Positions 50,543 to 60,339 of a DNA stretch of 64,000 bases are shown piece by piece. A program made the translations under genes and the position numbers. Source of the stretch: an uncultured Actinomycetes bacterium. GTDB taxonomy: Bacteria; Actinomycetota; Thermoleophilia; UBA2241. The notes under the pieces are model-generated. The model was not told the DNA's origin. It saw only the letters and a list, made by a program, of their open reading frames with translations, and did no database searches. Location: the NCBI GenBank assembly GCA_963767005.1, contig CAVYCN010000003.1, positions 320,001 through 384,000 on the forward strand. The letters run 5' to 3'. The stretch's first letter is position 1; each line of letters opens with the position of its first letter.

Positions 50543-51274
50543 TCAGCCCTCCAGACGGTCGGTGAGGTCACGCAACCCCTCGCGCAGGGCCTCGATCCCC
50601 GTCTCGATGCGCAGGAGCCCGACGAGCAGCAGGGTCATGCCGGCCATGCCGCACAGGAATGCGACGAGGTCGCGGTGGTCCATGCCGCTGCCCGACGGAC
50701 CGAGCACGACGGGGTGCAGGCCGGCCGGCAGGAACCGCGTCGCGAAGAAGGTGATCGGCACGTCGACGAAGGCCACGACGGCGTAGAGCGCGGCGAAGGT
50801 GGCGCGGCGCGACTCGTCCTCGACGCTGCTGCGCAGCACGAAGTAACCAGCGTACAGCAGGCAGGCGATGAGGAACGTCGTCAAGCGCGGCTCCCAGGCC
50901 CACCACACGCCCCAGGCGGCGCGCCCCCAGATCACGCCCGAGATCATGACGAGCACGCTGAACAGCAGCCCGAGCCGCACCGCGGCGAGGCCGAGGCGGT
51001 CGTAGCGGGGGTCGCCGCGGCGCAGGTAGAGCAGGGCGGCCACGAAGGCGACGGCGTAAGCCAGCAGCGCCGTCTCGGCGATCGGCGCGTGCACGTAGAA
51101 GATCTTTTGGCTGAAGCCGAGCGTCGAGGCGTCGGTCGGCGCCACCAGGAACCCCACGAGCACGTCGGCCAGCAGGAGCGCGGCGGCCGCGGCGAGCACG
51201 GCGACGGTGGTCGTGGTGTGCGTGCGCACTCCGGCGGCGCTGCCGCGCGCGGCGACGGTCGTTGTGCCCTGCAC
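50543..51274 (-). CDS. ccmC: Heme chaperone CcmC
   Basis: IFYVHAP, WGRAAWGVWWAWEPRLT (WWD domain), LHP. Confidence 0.92.
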   Translation of the reverse strand: MQGTTTVAARGSAAGVRTHTTTTVAVLAAAAALLLADVLVGFLVAPTDASTLGFSQKIFYVHAPIAETALLAYAVAFVAALLYLRRGDPRYDRLGLAAVRLGLLFSVLVMISGVIWGRAAWGVWWAWEPRLTTFLIACLLYAGYFVLRSSVEDESRRATFAALYAVVAFVDVPITFFATRFLPAGLHPVVLGPSGSGMDHRDLVAFLCGMAGMTLLLVGLLRIETGIEALREGLRDLTDRLEG

Positions 51275-51280
51275 CGTCCC

Positions 51281-51961
51281 TCACTCCCCGATCGCCACGT
51301 CGTAGGTGCCGTAAGCGAGCACCAGGAAGACGCCATCGTATACCAGCAGGAACGCCGCCCTGCCGAGCAGCGGCGGCCCGGCGGCGGCCGAGAGCAGGCC
51401 GCTCGTGCCGGTCGCGGCGGCGATGAGCAGCGGGATCGCGAGCGGCAAGAAGACGATGGGCAGGATCAGATCGCGGGCGCGCGTGTGCATCGCGATCGTG
51501 GCGAGCAGCGTGCCGAGGGCGCTGATGCCGAGGTCGCCGAGGGCGATCAGCAGGATCAGACCAGGCAGGTGAGCGACGATCCGGCCGGGCGCGAAGAACA
51601 GCGCGAACAGCGGCACGGCGAGCACCTGGATCAGGCCCAGGAAGACGAGGTTGGCCGTCATCTTGGCGAGAAAGATCGTCACCCGGTCGACCGGGCACAG
51701 CAGCAGGCCGTCGAGGCAGCCTTCGTCCTTCTCGTGGGCAAAGGAGCGGCCCAGGCCGAGCAGGGCGCCGAAGACGAACACCACCCAGAGCATGCCGCCG
51801 GCGTAGAGCGACGGCGCGCCGCGGCCGGCCGCCGTAAAGGCGTAGTGGAACACGATCATGGCGAGGACGACGAACAGGAACATGGCGGCGAGCGTCTCGC
51901 GCGTGCGCATCTCGAGGATCAGGTCCTTGCGCACCATCGCCCGGAACTGGCGCAGGCCCAC
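51281..51961 (-). CDS. ccmB: Heme exporter permease CcmB
   Basis: KDLILE, EKDEGCLDGL, LPIVFLPLAIPLL. Confidence 0.9.
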   Translation of the reverse strand: MGLRQFRAMVRKDLILEMRTRETLAAMFLFVVLAMIVFHYAFTAAGRGAPSLYAGGMLWVVFVFGALLGLGRSFAHEKDEGCLDGLLLCPVDRVTIFLAKMTANLVFLGLIQVLAVPLFALFFAPGRIVAHLPGLILLIALGDLGISALGTLLATIAMHTRARDLILPIVFLPLAIPLLIAAATGTSGLLSAAAGPPLLGRAAFLLVYDGVFLVLAYGTYDVAIGE

Positions 51962-51964
51962 GGC

Positions 51965-52690
51965 TTACACCAGCGCCCCTTCGCGCACGCGCTCGCGGTA
52001 GACGGCGAGGACGTCGGCCGGCTCGAGCGCGCCGCGCGCGTGGTAGACGGCGCGCCCCCCGTCGAGGATGAGGACCTGGTCGGCGAGCTCGAGGCCGCGC
52101 CGCAGGTCGTGGGTCGAAAGGACGAAGGTGTGCTCCCCGCGGATCTCGGCCAGCAGGCCGTCGAGCAGCTCGACGGCGCGCGCGTCGAGCCCGGCGTCGG
52201 GCTCGTCGAGCAGCAGGACGCGCGGCCGGTGCAGCAGCGCCCGCGCGATGGCGAGGCGCTGGCGCATGCCCTTGGAGAGCGTCGCGACCGCGTCGTTCCC
52301 GCGACGGCCGAGCTCGAGCCGCTCGAGCAGCTCGTCGACGCGGGCGACCGGCTCGACGACGCCGTACATGTCGGCGTAGAAGCGCAGGTTCTCGCGGGCG
52401 GTGAGGTCGCGGTAGAGCAGCGGCTCGTGCGAGATGAGCCCGACGGCGCGGCGCACCGCGGCCGGGTCGCGGCGCGCGTCGTGGCCGGCGACGACGACGC
52501 TGCCGGCCGACGGCCGCAGCAGCGTCGCCAGCAGGCGCAGGGTGGTGGTCTTGCCGGCGCCGTTGGGCCCGAAGAGCGCGAGAAAGCCGCCCCGGGCGAC
52601 CGTGAACGACAGGTCCGTGACGACCGCCCGGCGGCCGAACGAGCGGCCGAGACCCGCCGCCACGACCTCGGGATCGGCCGGCGAGGCCAT
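51965..52690 (-). CDS. ccmA: Heme exporter ATPase CcmA
   Basis: GPNGAGKTT, LTARENL, LSKGMRQR, LLDEP; operon position. Confidence 0.88.
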   Translation of the reverse strand: MASPADPEVVAAGLGRSFGRRAVVTDLSFTVARGGFLALFGPNGAGKTTTLRLLATLLRPSAGSVVVAGHDARRDPAAVRRAVGLISHEPLLYRDLTARENLRFYADMYGVVEPVARVDELLERLELGRRGNDAVATLSKGMRQRLAIARALLHRPRVLLLDEPDAGLDARAVELLDGLLAEIRGEHTFVLSTHDLRRGLELADQVLILDGGRAVYHARGALEPADVLAVYRERVREGALV

Positions 52691-54678
52691 CAGGCGCCCT
52701 CGCCCACGGCCTCGTCGCGCCGCTCACGGGCCGTGACCGGCACCCGCCGGCGCGCCGGCCACAGGGCCACGGCGGCGCCCCCGACGAGCAGGGCGACGCC
52801 GGCCCAGAGCGAGCGCATGAGCGGGAACACGTCGAGCTGCAACCGCAAGTGGCTGGCGGTCGTGTCGAACGGATCCTGGGCGACCACGAACAGGTCGCGG
52901 GGCAGGCTGCCCAGGATGACGGCGCGCAATGCGGCGCCGGCCGCGGGATAGACGTCGGTGTGCGGCGCGACGCTGCCGAGCTCGCGGCCGCCGCGGCTCA
53001 CCGTGAAGTGGGCGTAATAGCGGCGCGAACCCTGCGGTCCGGCGTCCTGCGAGAAGCCGGTGAAGCGCAGAGTGTAGCCGGCCACCGCCGCGGTCGCCCC
53101 GGGCCGGGCCGTGATGTAGACGTTGCGCTCCGTGCGGTAGACGTTGGAGCCGACCAGGCCGAGCAGGACCACGACGACACCGACGTGGGTCACGAGGGCG
53201 GCCGAGCGGCTGCGGCTGCCGAACAGCGCGCGGCGCAGGCCGGCGAGCGCTCCGCGCTCGGCGGCGGTCCGCCGCGCGTCGCGGGCGACGTGGACGACGA
53301 GCGCCGCCAGCGCGAGGCAGCAGACGTCGAGGCCGGCGATGCCGAGCGGGCTCGAGCGCAGCCGCCCGTTCGTCAGCAGCGCGGGCAGGGCCACGGCCGC
53401 CACGAGCAGCGGCCAGCGCACCGCCTGCCACCACGATCGACCGCGCGCGCCGCCGGTCGCGAGCAGCGGGCACAGGGCGAGCGCCGCGACGACGGCGACG
53501 CCGAGCGGCTCGGCGAAGGCCCGGTAGGTGTCGGGGCCCAGGGTACGGCCGGTGGTGAGCGGCACGAGGACGGTCGCCACGGCCAGCGCGGCGGCGAGCA
53601 CGGCGAGCGCCACGTCGAGCGCGGCCGGCGCGAGGGCCGTGGCGCCGGCCTCAGCCGGCGCCGCCGCGGCGAAGCGCCGCCAGCGCGCCACGAGCAGTCC
53701 GACCGAGAGCGCGGCCACCGCGCCGAGCAGCGTGGTCAGCACGACGATCATGGTCTCGCTCCGCTCGAAGGCGTGGACCGAGCTGATCAGGTCGGTGCGC
53801 GTCGTCCAGGTCGCGAGGATGGTGGCCCAGAAGGTCGCGCAGGCGAGGCCGAGCGCCCAGCGTGCGAGCTGCCCGCTGCGCCGGTAGACGAGCAGCGAAT
53901 GGACGAGCGCCGTGCCCGTTAGCCAGGGCACAAGCGACGTGTTCTCGACCGGGTCCCAGCCCCAGTAGCCGCCCCACGACAGCACGACGTAGGCCCACCA
54001 GGCACCGAGCCCGATGCCCAGGGACAGCAGCAGCCAGCCGCCCACGGCCCAGCGCTGGGCGCTCGGGGCCCACTCGCGCCCCGTGTCGCCGAGCAGCAGC
54101 GCCGCCGTCGCGTAGGCGAACGGCACGGCGAGAGCGGCGTAGGCGGCAAACAGGGCGGGAGGGTGGAGCACCATCGCCGGGTGCAGGAGCAGCGGGTTCA
54201 GGCCGGCGCCCGAGGTGCCGGCCGCGGCTCCGAGGAACGGATCGGAGCCGCCGTCGATCACCATGAGCGCGACGAACACGGCGGTGACGGCGGCAAGCAC
54301 GCCGACCGTCGTCGCCGTCAGGCGGTCGGCGGCCTCGACGTCGCGCAGCGCGATCACCACCGTGACGAGCGCGAGCAGCGCCGCCCACAGCAGCAACGAG
54401 CCCTGCTGACCGGCCCAGAAGCCGGCGGCGCGGTAGAACAGCGACAGCGTGGGGTCGGAGTTCTGGGCGACGTAGGCAAAGGAGAAGTCGCGACCGACGA
54501 AGGCCTCGAGCAGCACCGCGCAGGCGACGACGACGGCGAAGAACAGCCCGTAGACGGCGAGGTAGCCGGACCGCACGAGATCGGCGCTGCGCCGGCGCAC
54601 GCCGAGGGCGAGGAGCGCGACGGCGCCGAGCGAGAAGGCCAGGCAGCAGGCGAGGGCGATGCGGCCGAGGACGATCAA
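52690..54678 (-). CDS. ccmF: Cytochrome c heme lyase CcmF
   Basis: WAGQQGSLLLW, GLNPLL, HPP, GAWWAY...WGGYWGWDPVEN, SVHAF. Confidence 0.93.
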   Translation of the reverse strand: MIVLGRIALACCLAFSLGAVALLALGVRRRSADLVRSGYLAVYGLFFAVVVACAVLLEAFVGRDFSFAYVAQNSDPTLSLFYRAAGFWAGQQGSLLLWAALLALVTVVIALRDVEAADRLTATTVGVLAAVTAVFVALMVIDGGSDPFLGAAAGTSGAGLNPLLLHPAMVLHPPALFAAYAALAVPFAYATAALLLGDTGREWAPSAQRWAVGGWLLLSLGIGLGAWWAYVVLSWGGYWGWDPVENTSLVPWLTGTALVHSLLVYRRSGQLARWALGLACATFWATILATWTTRTDLISSVHAFERSETMIVVLTTLLGAVAALSVGLLVARWRRFAAAAPAEAGATALAPAALDVALAVLAAALAVATVLVPLTTGRTLGPDTYRAFAEPLGVAVVAALALCPLLATGGARGRSWWQAVRWPLLVAAVALPALLTNGRLRSSPLGIAGLDVCCLALAALVVHVARDARRTAAERGALAGLRRALFGSRSRSAALVTHVGVVVVLLGLVGSNVYRTERNVYITARPGATAAVAGYTLRFTGFSQDAGPQGSRRYYAHFTVSRGGRELGSVAPHTDVYPAAGAALRAVILGSLPRDLFVVAQDPFDTTASHLRLQLDVFPLMRSLWAGVALLVGGAAVALWPARRRVPVTARERRDEAVGEGA

Positions 54679-54688
54679 GCGACGGCCC

Positions 54689-55111
54689 CTACTGCCCGAC
54701 GCTCGCCTGCGGCAGCGGGCTCGCCTTGCCCGCGTACTTCGACGGGCACTTGGTCTCGAGCTGCTGAGCGGTGATCAGGTCGCCGCCCGCCGCGAAGCGG
54801 CCCGTGACCACGACCTGCACGCCGGCCGCGAAGGTGGCCGGCATCTGGCCGTCGTAGGCGACGCCGACGGTGGCCGCCTTGCCCGTGAGGTCCTCGATCG
54901 CGAAGCGCACGCCTGAGGGGCCGCGCACGATCGAGTCGCGCACGACGGCGCCGCCGACCTTCACGTCGTGGCCGTCGTCGGCGGCCGACAAGGCCGAGAC
55001 CTGCCGGTAGTAGGCGCCCTGAGCGACCACCACGTACACCATGGCGACTGCGAACACCGCCACCAGGACGACGGTGGCGACGATCAGGCGTCGCTGGGCC
55101 CTCTTGCTCAT
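54689..55111 (-). CDS. ccmE: Heme chaperone CcmE, CxxxY variant
   Basis: N-terminal TM, OB-fold, YDGQMPATF, TKCPSKY. Confidence 0.9.
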   Translation of the reverse strand: MSKRAQRRLIVATVVLVAVFAVAMVYVVVAQGAYYRQVSALSAADDGHDVKVGGAVVRDSIVRGPSGVRFAIEDLTGKAATVGVAYDGQMPATFAAGVQVVVTGRFAAGGDLITAQQLETKCPSKYAGKASPLPQASVGQ

Positions 55112-55330
55112 GGCTCACTCCCCGCCGGACGTCGTGCCCCGCAACCCGGCCGTTCGGACCGTGTTCAGGCCGTTCGAACCGTCTAAATGTAGATGGTGCG
55201 GCGCCGGGCGTCACTCGTTCAGGCGTCACGCCCCGCTCGAGAGGCGTCCTCGCCGGAGGCGCGGCCGCAGGAGTCGGGCGGCCGTCGGCGTACTCTACGC
55301 CGACGGCCGCCCGCGGCAGGAGGCGAGCTC

Positions 55331-55903
55331 ATGCACGCTGCGATCCACGTCGACGTGATCGACTCCCGACGCCTCGCCGAACCCGAGACGCTCGCTCCCG
55401 CGCTCGAGCGCACCGTCGGCGAGCTGAACGAGGTCTTCGCCCCCGGGCTCGTGCGGGGCTTCGCGCTCGAGCACGACGACGACGCCTTTGCGGGGGTCCT
55501 GGCCGACGCCGTCCAGGCGCCTCTCTGCGTGAGCCTGCTGCGCGAGCTGCTGGCGCCGCTCCAGGTGCGCGTCGGGGTCGCGCTCGACGGTGAGGCCGAG
55601 GAGGCGTTCCTCGCGGCCTGGCGAGCCGACCGCCTCGTGCACTACCGCGGCACCGGCGCCGCCGGCGACCTTCTGTTGAACGCCTTCTGCGGTCTCGTCG
55701 AACCGCTCGTGCGCGCCCGCGACGCCGCCGAGTGGGACGCGGTGCGCACGGTACGGCGCCACACGACGCGGAGCGCGGCGGCCGCGAGCCTGGGGATCGC
55801 CGTCGACGAGCTCGAGCTGCGCCTTGCGACCGGCCACTGGCGCGAGGTCGAGGACGCCGACGCGGCCGTCGCCGCCTACCTCGCCCTGGCGCTCGCCCCC
55901 TGA
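55331..55903 (+). CDS. SatD-like protein with C-terminal helical/HTH-like region
   Basis: MHAAIHVDVIDSRRL...DAFAGVL...VRVGV; SD AGGAGG. Confidence 0.6.
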   Translation: MHAAIHVDVIDSRRLAEPETLAPALERTVGELNEVFAPGLVRGFALEHDDDAFAGVLADAVQAPLCVSLLRELLAPLQVRVGVALDGEAEEAFLAAWRADRLVHYRGTGAAGDLLLNAFCGLVEPLVRARDAAEWDAVRTVRRHTTRSAAAASLGIAVDELELRLATGHWREVEDADAAVAAYLALALAP

Positions 55904-55920
55904 GGGACCGGACGCGCTCC

Positions 55921-56433
55921 TCAGAGGTCGGGCCGGGCGCAGTCGCCGCCCAGGTCGGCCAGCTTCTCGAGGGCGTGCGGCAGGGCCGCGCGGATCACCG
56001 CGAACTGCTCGCGACAGGCGACCGGGCTGCCCGGGAAATTGACGATCAGGGTGGCGCCGCGCAGGCCGCTCGCCGCGCGCGACAGCATGGCGTGCGGCGT
56101 CTTTGCCAGCGACGCCGCGCGCATGGCCTCGGCAAAGCCGGGCGCTTCGCGGTCGAAGGCCGCCCTGCTGGCCTCGGGCGTCACGTCGCGCGAGGTGAAG
56201 CCGGTGCCGCCCGTGGTCAGGATGAGGTTGGCCGGCGTGCGGTCGGCGTAGTGGATGAGCTTCTCGGTCAACAGCACCTGCTCGTCGGGCAGCAGGACGC
56301 GCTCGACGTATTCGGCGCCGAGCTCGTTCAGGAGACCCTCGAGCACGGCGCCGCTCTCGTCCTCGCGCCGGCCCGCGTGGCCCGAGTCGGAGAGCGTGAT
56401 GACGACCGCCCGGATCGGCACGCTTGCGCTCAT
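55921..56433 (-). CDS. mog: MogA/MoaB family molybdopterin adenylyltransferase
   Basis: ITLSD, DESG, TTGGTG, RDVTPEA, AMLSR, NFPGSP. Confidence 0.9.
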   Translation of the reverse strand: MSASVPIRAVVITLSDSGHAGRREDESGAVLEGLLNELGAEYVERVLLPDEQVLLTEKLIHYADRTPANLILTTGGTGFTSRDVTPEASRAAFDREAPGFAEAMRAASLAKTPHAMLSRAASGLRGATLIVNFPGSPVACREQFAVIRAALPHALEKLADLGGDCARPDL

Positions 56434-56944
56434 GCCCTGCCCTCCTCGCTCGTCGCGCCCGGCCCGCGCGCGCCGCCGCCCAGCAGCGTGACGACGACCT
56501 CGTCGCCCGCCTTCAGCGGGCCGCCCTCGAGGACCCGGGCGAAGACGCCCTCGCGCGGCATGACGCAGTCGCCGGCCGCGCGATAGATGGCGCAGCGGTC
56601 GTGGCAGACCTTGCCGATCTGCGTGAGCTCGACGAGGCAGCCGCCGAGACGCAGACGCGTGCCGATCGGCAGGTCGGCGACGGCGATCCCCGTTGTCGTC
56701 ACGTTCTCGGCGAAGTCGCCCGGGCCCACGTCGAGGCCCTTGGCGCGCATCGTCTCGATGCTCTCGAGGGCGAGCAGGCTGACCTGGCGGTGCCAGGGAC
56801 CGGCGTGGCCGTCGCCCTCGATGCCGTGCTCGACCGCGAGCAGGATCTCGGGTCGCGGCTGCTTGCGCACGCCCTTCGTCGCGGCGACGTTGACCGACAC
56901 GACGCTGCCGTGCCCGCCCACCTCTGCCGCCGCCTTCGCGCCGC

Positions 56945-56948
<4 letters not shown>
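56430..56948 (-). CDS. MOSC domain protein
   Basis: [39 protein letters not shown]. Confidence 0.9.
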
Positions 56949-57433
<485 letters not shown>

Positions 57434-57437
57434 CGTG

Positions 57438-58400
57438 CTAGCCTCCGATCTGCGACATGCGGGCACCGGCCGCGGGCGACTCGAGGCCGCGGTCGAAGCT
57501 CTTGCCGGCGATGGCGTCGGCCAGGGCCGCGGCGAGCGCGTCGGGCCGGCCGATCAGGGAGCGCACGTCGAGCTCGCGCTCGGGCGCCGAGAACAGACAG
57601 GTCTTGAGGCGGCCGTCGGCCGTGAGGCGCAGCCGGTTGCAGCGCGCGCAGAAGTGGTCGGACACCCCGGCGATGAAGCCGACGGTGCCGCGCGCCCCGG
57701 GTACGCGGAAATACGTGGCCGGTCCCAGGCCGTAGGGCCCGTCGACCGCCTCGACGGCGTAGCGGCCGCGCAGCCGCTCGAGCACCGCGCCGGCCGGCAC
57801 GAACTCGCCACCCACGCCCAGCCGGCGGTCGACCGGCATGTACTCGATGAACCGCACGTGGACCTCGCGCCCGCGCACGAGCTCGACGAAACGCTCGACC
57901 TCGTCGTCGACGCCGGCCAGCAGCACGGCGTTCACCTTGACGGGTGCGAAGCCCGTCTCGAGGGCCGCGTCGAGGCCGGCCAGGGCATCGGCCAGGCGAG
58001 CGCCCCGGGTGAGCCGCTCGTAGCGGTCGGGGTCGAGGCTGTCGATGCTCATGTTGACGCGCCGCAGGCCGGCGGCGCGCAGCTCGGCGGCGTGGCGTGG
58101 CAGGAGGATGCCGTTCGTCGTGAGCGCGAGATCGGCGAGGCCGTCGAGCGCGGCGAGCCGCTCGACGAAGCCGACAAGGCCCTTGCGCACGAGCGGCTCG
58201 CCGCCCGTGACGCGCACCCTCGTCACGCCCAGCCGCAGCGCGGTCGCGGCGAAGGCGAGCAGCTCCTCGTACGACAGGATCTCGTCGTGGCGCCGCGGCG
58301 GCACGCCCTCGGGCGGCATGCAGTACACGCACCGCAGGTTGCAGCGGTCCGTGACGGAGAGGCGCAGGTAGTCGACGCGGCGTGACGGGGAGGCGCTCAC
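57438..58400 (-). CDS. moaA: GTP 3',8-cyclase
   Basis: [22 protein letters not shown]...C, MSQIGG C-terminus. Confidence 0.97.
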   Translation of the reverse strand: MSASPSRRVDYLRLSVTDRCNLRCVYCMPPEGVPPRRHDEILSYEELLAFAATALRLGVTRVRVTGGEPLVRKGLVGFVERLAALDGLADLALTTNGILLPRHAAELRAAGLRRVNMSIDSLDPDRYERLTRGARLADALAGLDAALETGFAPVKVNAVLLAGVDDEVERFVELVRGREVHVRFIEYMPVDRRLGVGGEFVPAGAVLERLRGRYAVEAVDGPYGLGPATYFRVPGARGTVGFIAGVSDHFCARCNRLRLTADGRLKTCLFSAPERELDVRSLIGRPDALAAALADAIAGKSFDRGLESPAAGARMSQIGG

Positions 58401-58481
58401 AGCGGCAGTGTAGCGCGCCCGGCGCGGCCCGTCACACGCGCTCCCGGCACGCGCGGGGCGACCCGCCGCCGGCGCCCGTCC

Positions 58482-58682
58482 TCAGGTCTGGACCATCACC
58501 TCGGTGGCCTTGATGACGGCCTTCACCTGATCGCCCTGCTTGAGCCCCATCGACTCCACGGAGTGCCGCGTGATGGCGGCCACCACCTCGTTGCCGCCGA
58601 CGTCGATCACGACCTCGGCCATCACCGTGCCGAGCGTGATGAACTTGACGGTGCCGGGAAGCTGGTTGCGTGCGCTGATCAT
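58482..58682 (-). CDS. Molbindin/TOBE (Mop) domain protein
   Basis: MISARNQL...ITRHSVESMGL...AVIKATEV. Confidence 0.9.
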   Translation of the reverse strand: MISARNQLPGTVKFITLGTVMAEVVIDVGGNEVVAAITRHSVESMGLKQGDQVKAVIKATEVMVQT

Positions 58683-58720
58683 GGTCCCTCTCGTGGTCGT
58701 GGTTTGGTCGGCCGCCGCCG

Positions 58721-60220
58721 TCACATGCCGTCGCGCCGGCAGGCGCCGAGCGGCGAGCCGGGGCTCGCCCAGTCCATCTCGCGGATCATGACCATCTTCA
58801 GCTCGGTCATCTCGGCGATCGCGAACTTCACGCCCTCGCGACCCATGCCCGAGCTCTTGATGCCGCCGTACGGCATATGGTCGACCCGGAAGGTCGGCAC
58901 CTCGTTGATCATCACCCCACCCACCTCGAGGTGGTGCGCCGCGTAGAGGGCCTTGTTCAGATCGCGCGTGAAGAAGCCGGCCTGCAGCCCGAACTCGCTG
59001 TCGTTCGAGATCTCGATCGCCTCGCAGAGGTCGCGCGCCTTGATGACGGCGAGCACCGGACCGAAGACCTCCTTGGCGCAGACCTTCATGTCGCGGCCGA
59101 CGTCGGCCAGCACGGTGGGCCGCAGGGCGCCGCCGGCGTCGACGCCGCCGGTGACCAGGGTCGCACCCTGGTCGATCGCCTCGGCCACCCAGGATTTGAC
59201 GCGCTCCGTCTCGCCCTCGTCGATGAGGGCGGCCACGTCGGTCGTCTCGTCGAGCGGGTCGCCGACCTTCAGGGCCGCGACAGAGGCGGCGAGCGCCGCC
59301 AGGAACTCGTCGTAGACCTTCTCGTGGACCACGACGCGCTGGACCGAGATGCAGACCTGGCCCGAGTTCGTGAAGCCGCCCGCCACCACACGCTGCAGGG
59401 CGAGCTCCAGGTCGGCGTCCTCGTCGATGATCGTCGCCGAGTTGTTGCCGAGCTCGAGCGTCACCATCTTCATGCCGGCGTCGCTCGCGATCTGGCGACC
59501 GACCGGGGGACTGCCGGTGAAGGTCACCATGTTGACGCGCTCGTCCTTCACCAGGGCCGCGCCCAGCGTGCGCCCGGGCCCGACCACGACCTGGAGCACG
59601 CGCTCAGGCAGGCCGGCCTCGGCAAGGAGCTCGGCCAGCCGCAGCGCGGTGAGCGGCGTCGACGACGCCGGCTTGAGCACGACCACGTTGGCGCCGGCCA
59701 GGGCGGGCGCCACCTTGTGGGCGACCAGATTGAGCGGGAAGTTGAACGGCGAGATCGCGACGATCAGGCCGCGCGGCTCGCGGATGGTCCAGCCGAAGCG
59801 GTTCTCGCCGCCCTGGTCGGCGTCCATCTCGATGATCTCGCCGGCCGTGCGCTTGGCCTCTTCGCTCGCCCAGCGGAAGGTCGAGGCGCCGCGCCGCGCC
59901 TCGACCCGCGCGTCCTTGAGCGGCTTGCCGCCCTCCAGAGCGATCAGCCGGGCGATCTCCTCGGCGTGCTCTTCGATCAGATGCGACGTGCGCTCGAGGA
60001 TCTGGGCCCGCCTCCAGGCCGGCGTCCAGCGCCACTCGGCAAGAGCCGCGCGCGCCCCGTCGAGGATCCCGTCGAGGTCCTCGATGCGCGTCGTGTTGAT
60101 GGTGGCGACCTCGGCACCGTCCCACGGGCTGCGGACGGTGAGGGGGTCGCCGGTCCCGACGGGACCGGCGATCCGCAACCCCCTGGCCACGCGTGCGGTG
60201 ACGTCTACTACCACAGCCAC
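58721..60220 (-). CDS. Aldehyde dehydrogenase family protein
   Basis: SPFNFP, KPAS, FTGS, LELGNN, GQVCISVQR, EVFGP, PYGGIKSSG. Confidence 0.93.
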   Translation of the reverse strand: MAVVVDVTARVARGLRIAGPVGTGDPLTVRSPWDGAEVATINTTRIEDLDGILDGARAALAEWRWTPAWRRAQILERTSHLIEEHAEEIARLIALEGGKPLKDARVEARRGASTFRWASEEAKRTAGEIIEMDADQGGENRFGWTIREPRGLIVAISPFNFPLNLVAHKVAPALAGANVVVLKPASSTPLTALRLAELLAEAGLPERVLQVVVGPGRTLGAALVKDERVNMVTFTGSPPVGRQIASDAGMKMVTLELGNNSATIIDEDADLELALQRVVAGGFTNSGQVCISVQRVVVHEKVYDEFLAALAASVAALKVGDPLDETTDVAALIDEGETERVKSWVAEAIDQGATLVTGGVDAGGALRPTVLADVGRDMKVCAKEVFGPVLAVIKARDLCEAIEISNDSEFGLQAGFFTRDLNKALYAAHHLEVGGVMINEVPTFRVDHMPYGGIKSSGMGREGVKFAIAEMTELKMVMIREMDWASPGSPLGACRRDGM

Positions 60221-60226
60221 TCCCTT

Positions 60227-60339
60227 CTCGTGCCGTCAAGCGATCGTTTCCGCCCAGGCTGGCGTGACTTCGTCGCGCGCCTCGTGCCGTCAAGCGACTT
60301 CGTCGTCGCCGCTCAGGCTGGCGTGACTTCGTCGCGCGC
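60227..60339. repeat. Two tandem copies (54 and 59 bp) of the dispersed two-hairpin repeat, reverse orientation
   Basis: ctcgtgccgtcaagcga...caggctggcgtgacttcgtcgcgcgc x2; reverse complement aligns with the 43155-43270 units. Confidence 0.85.
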
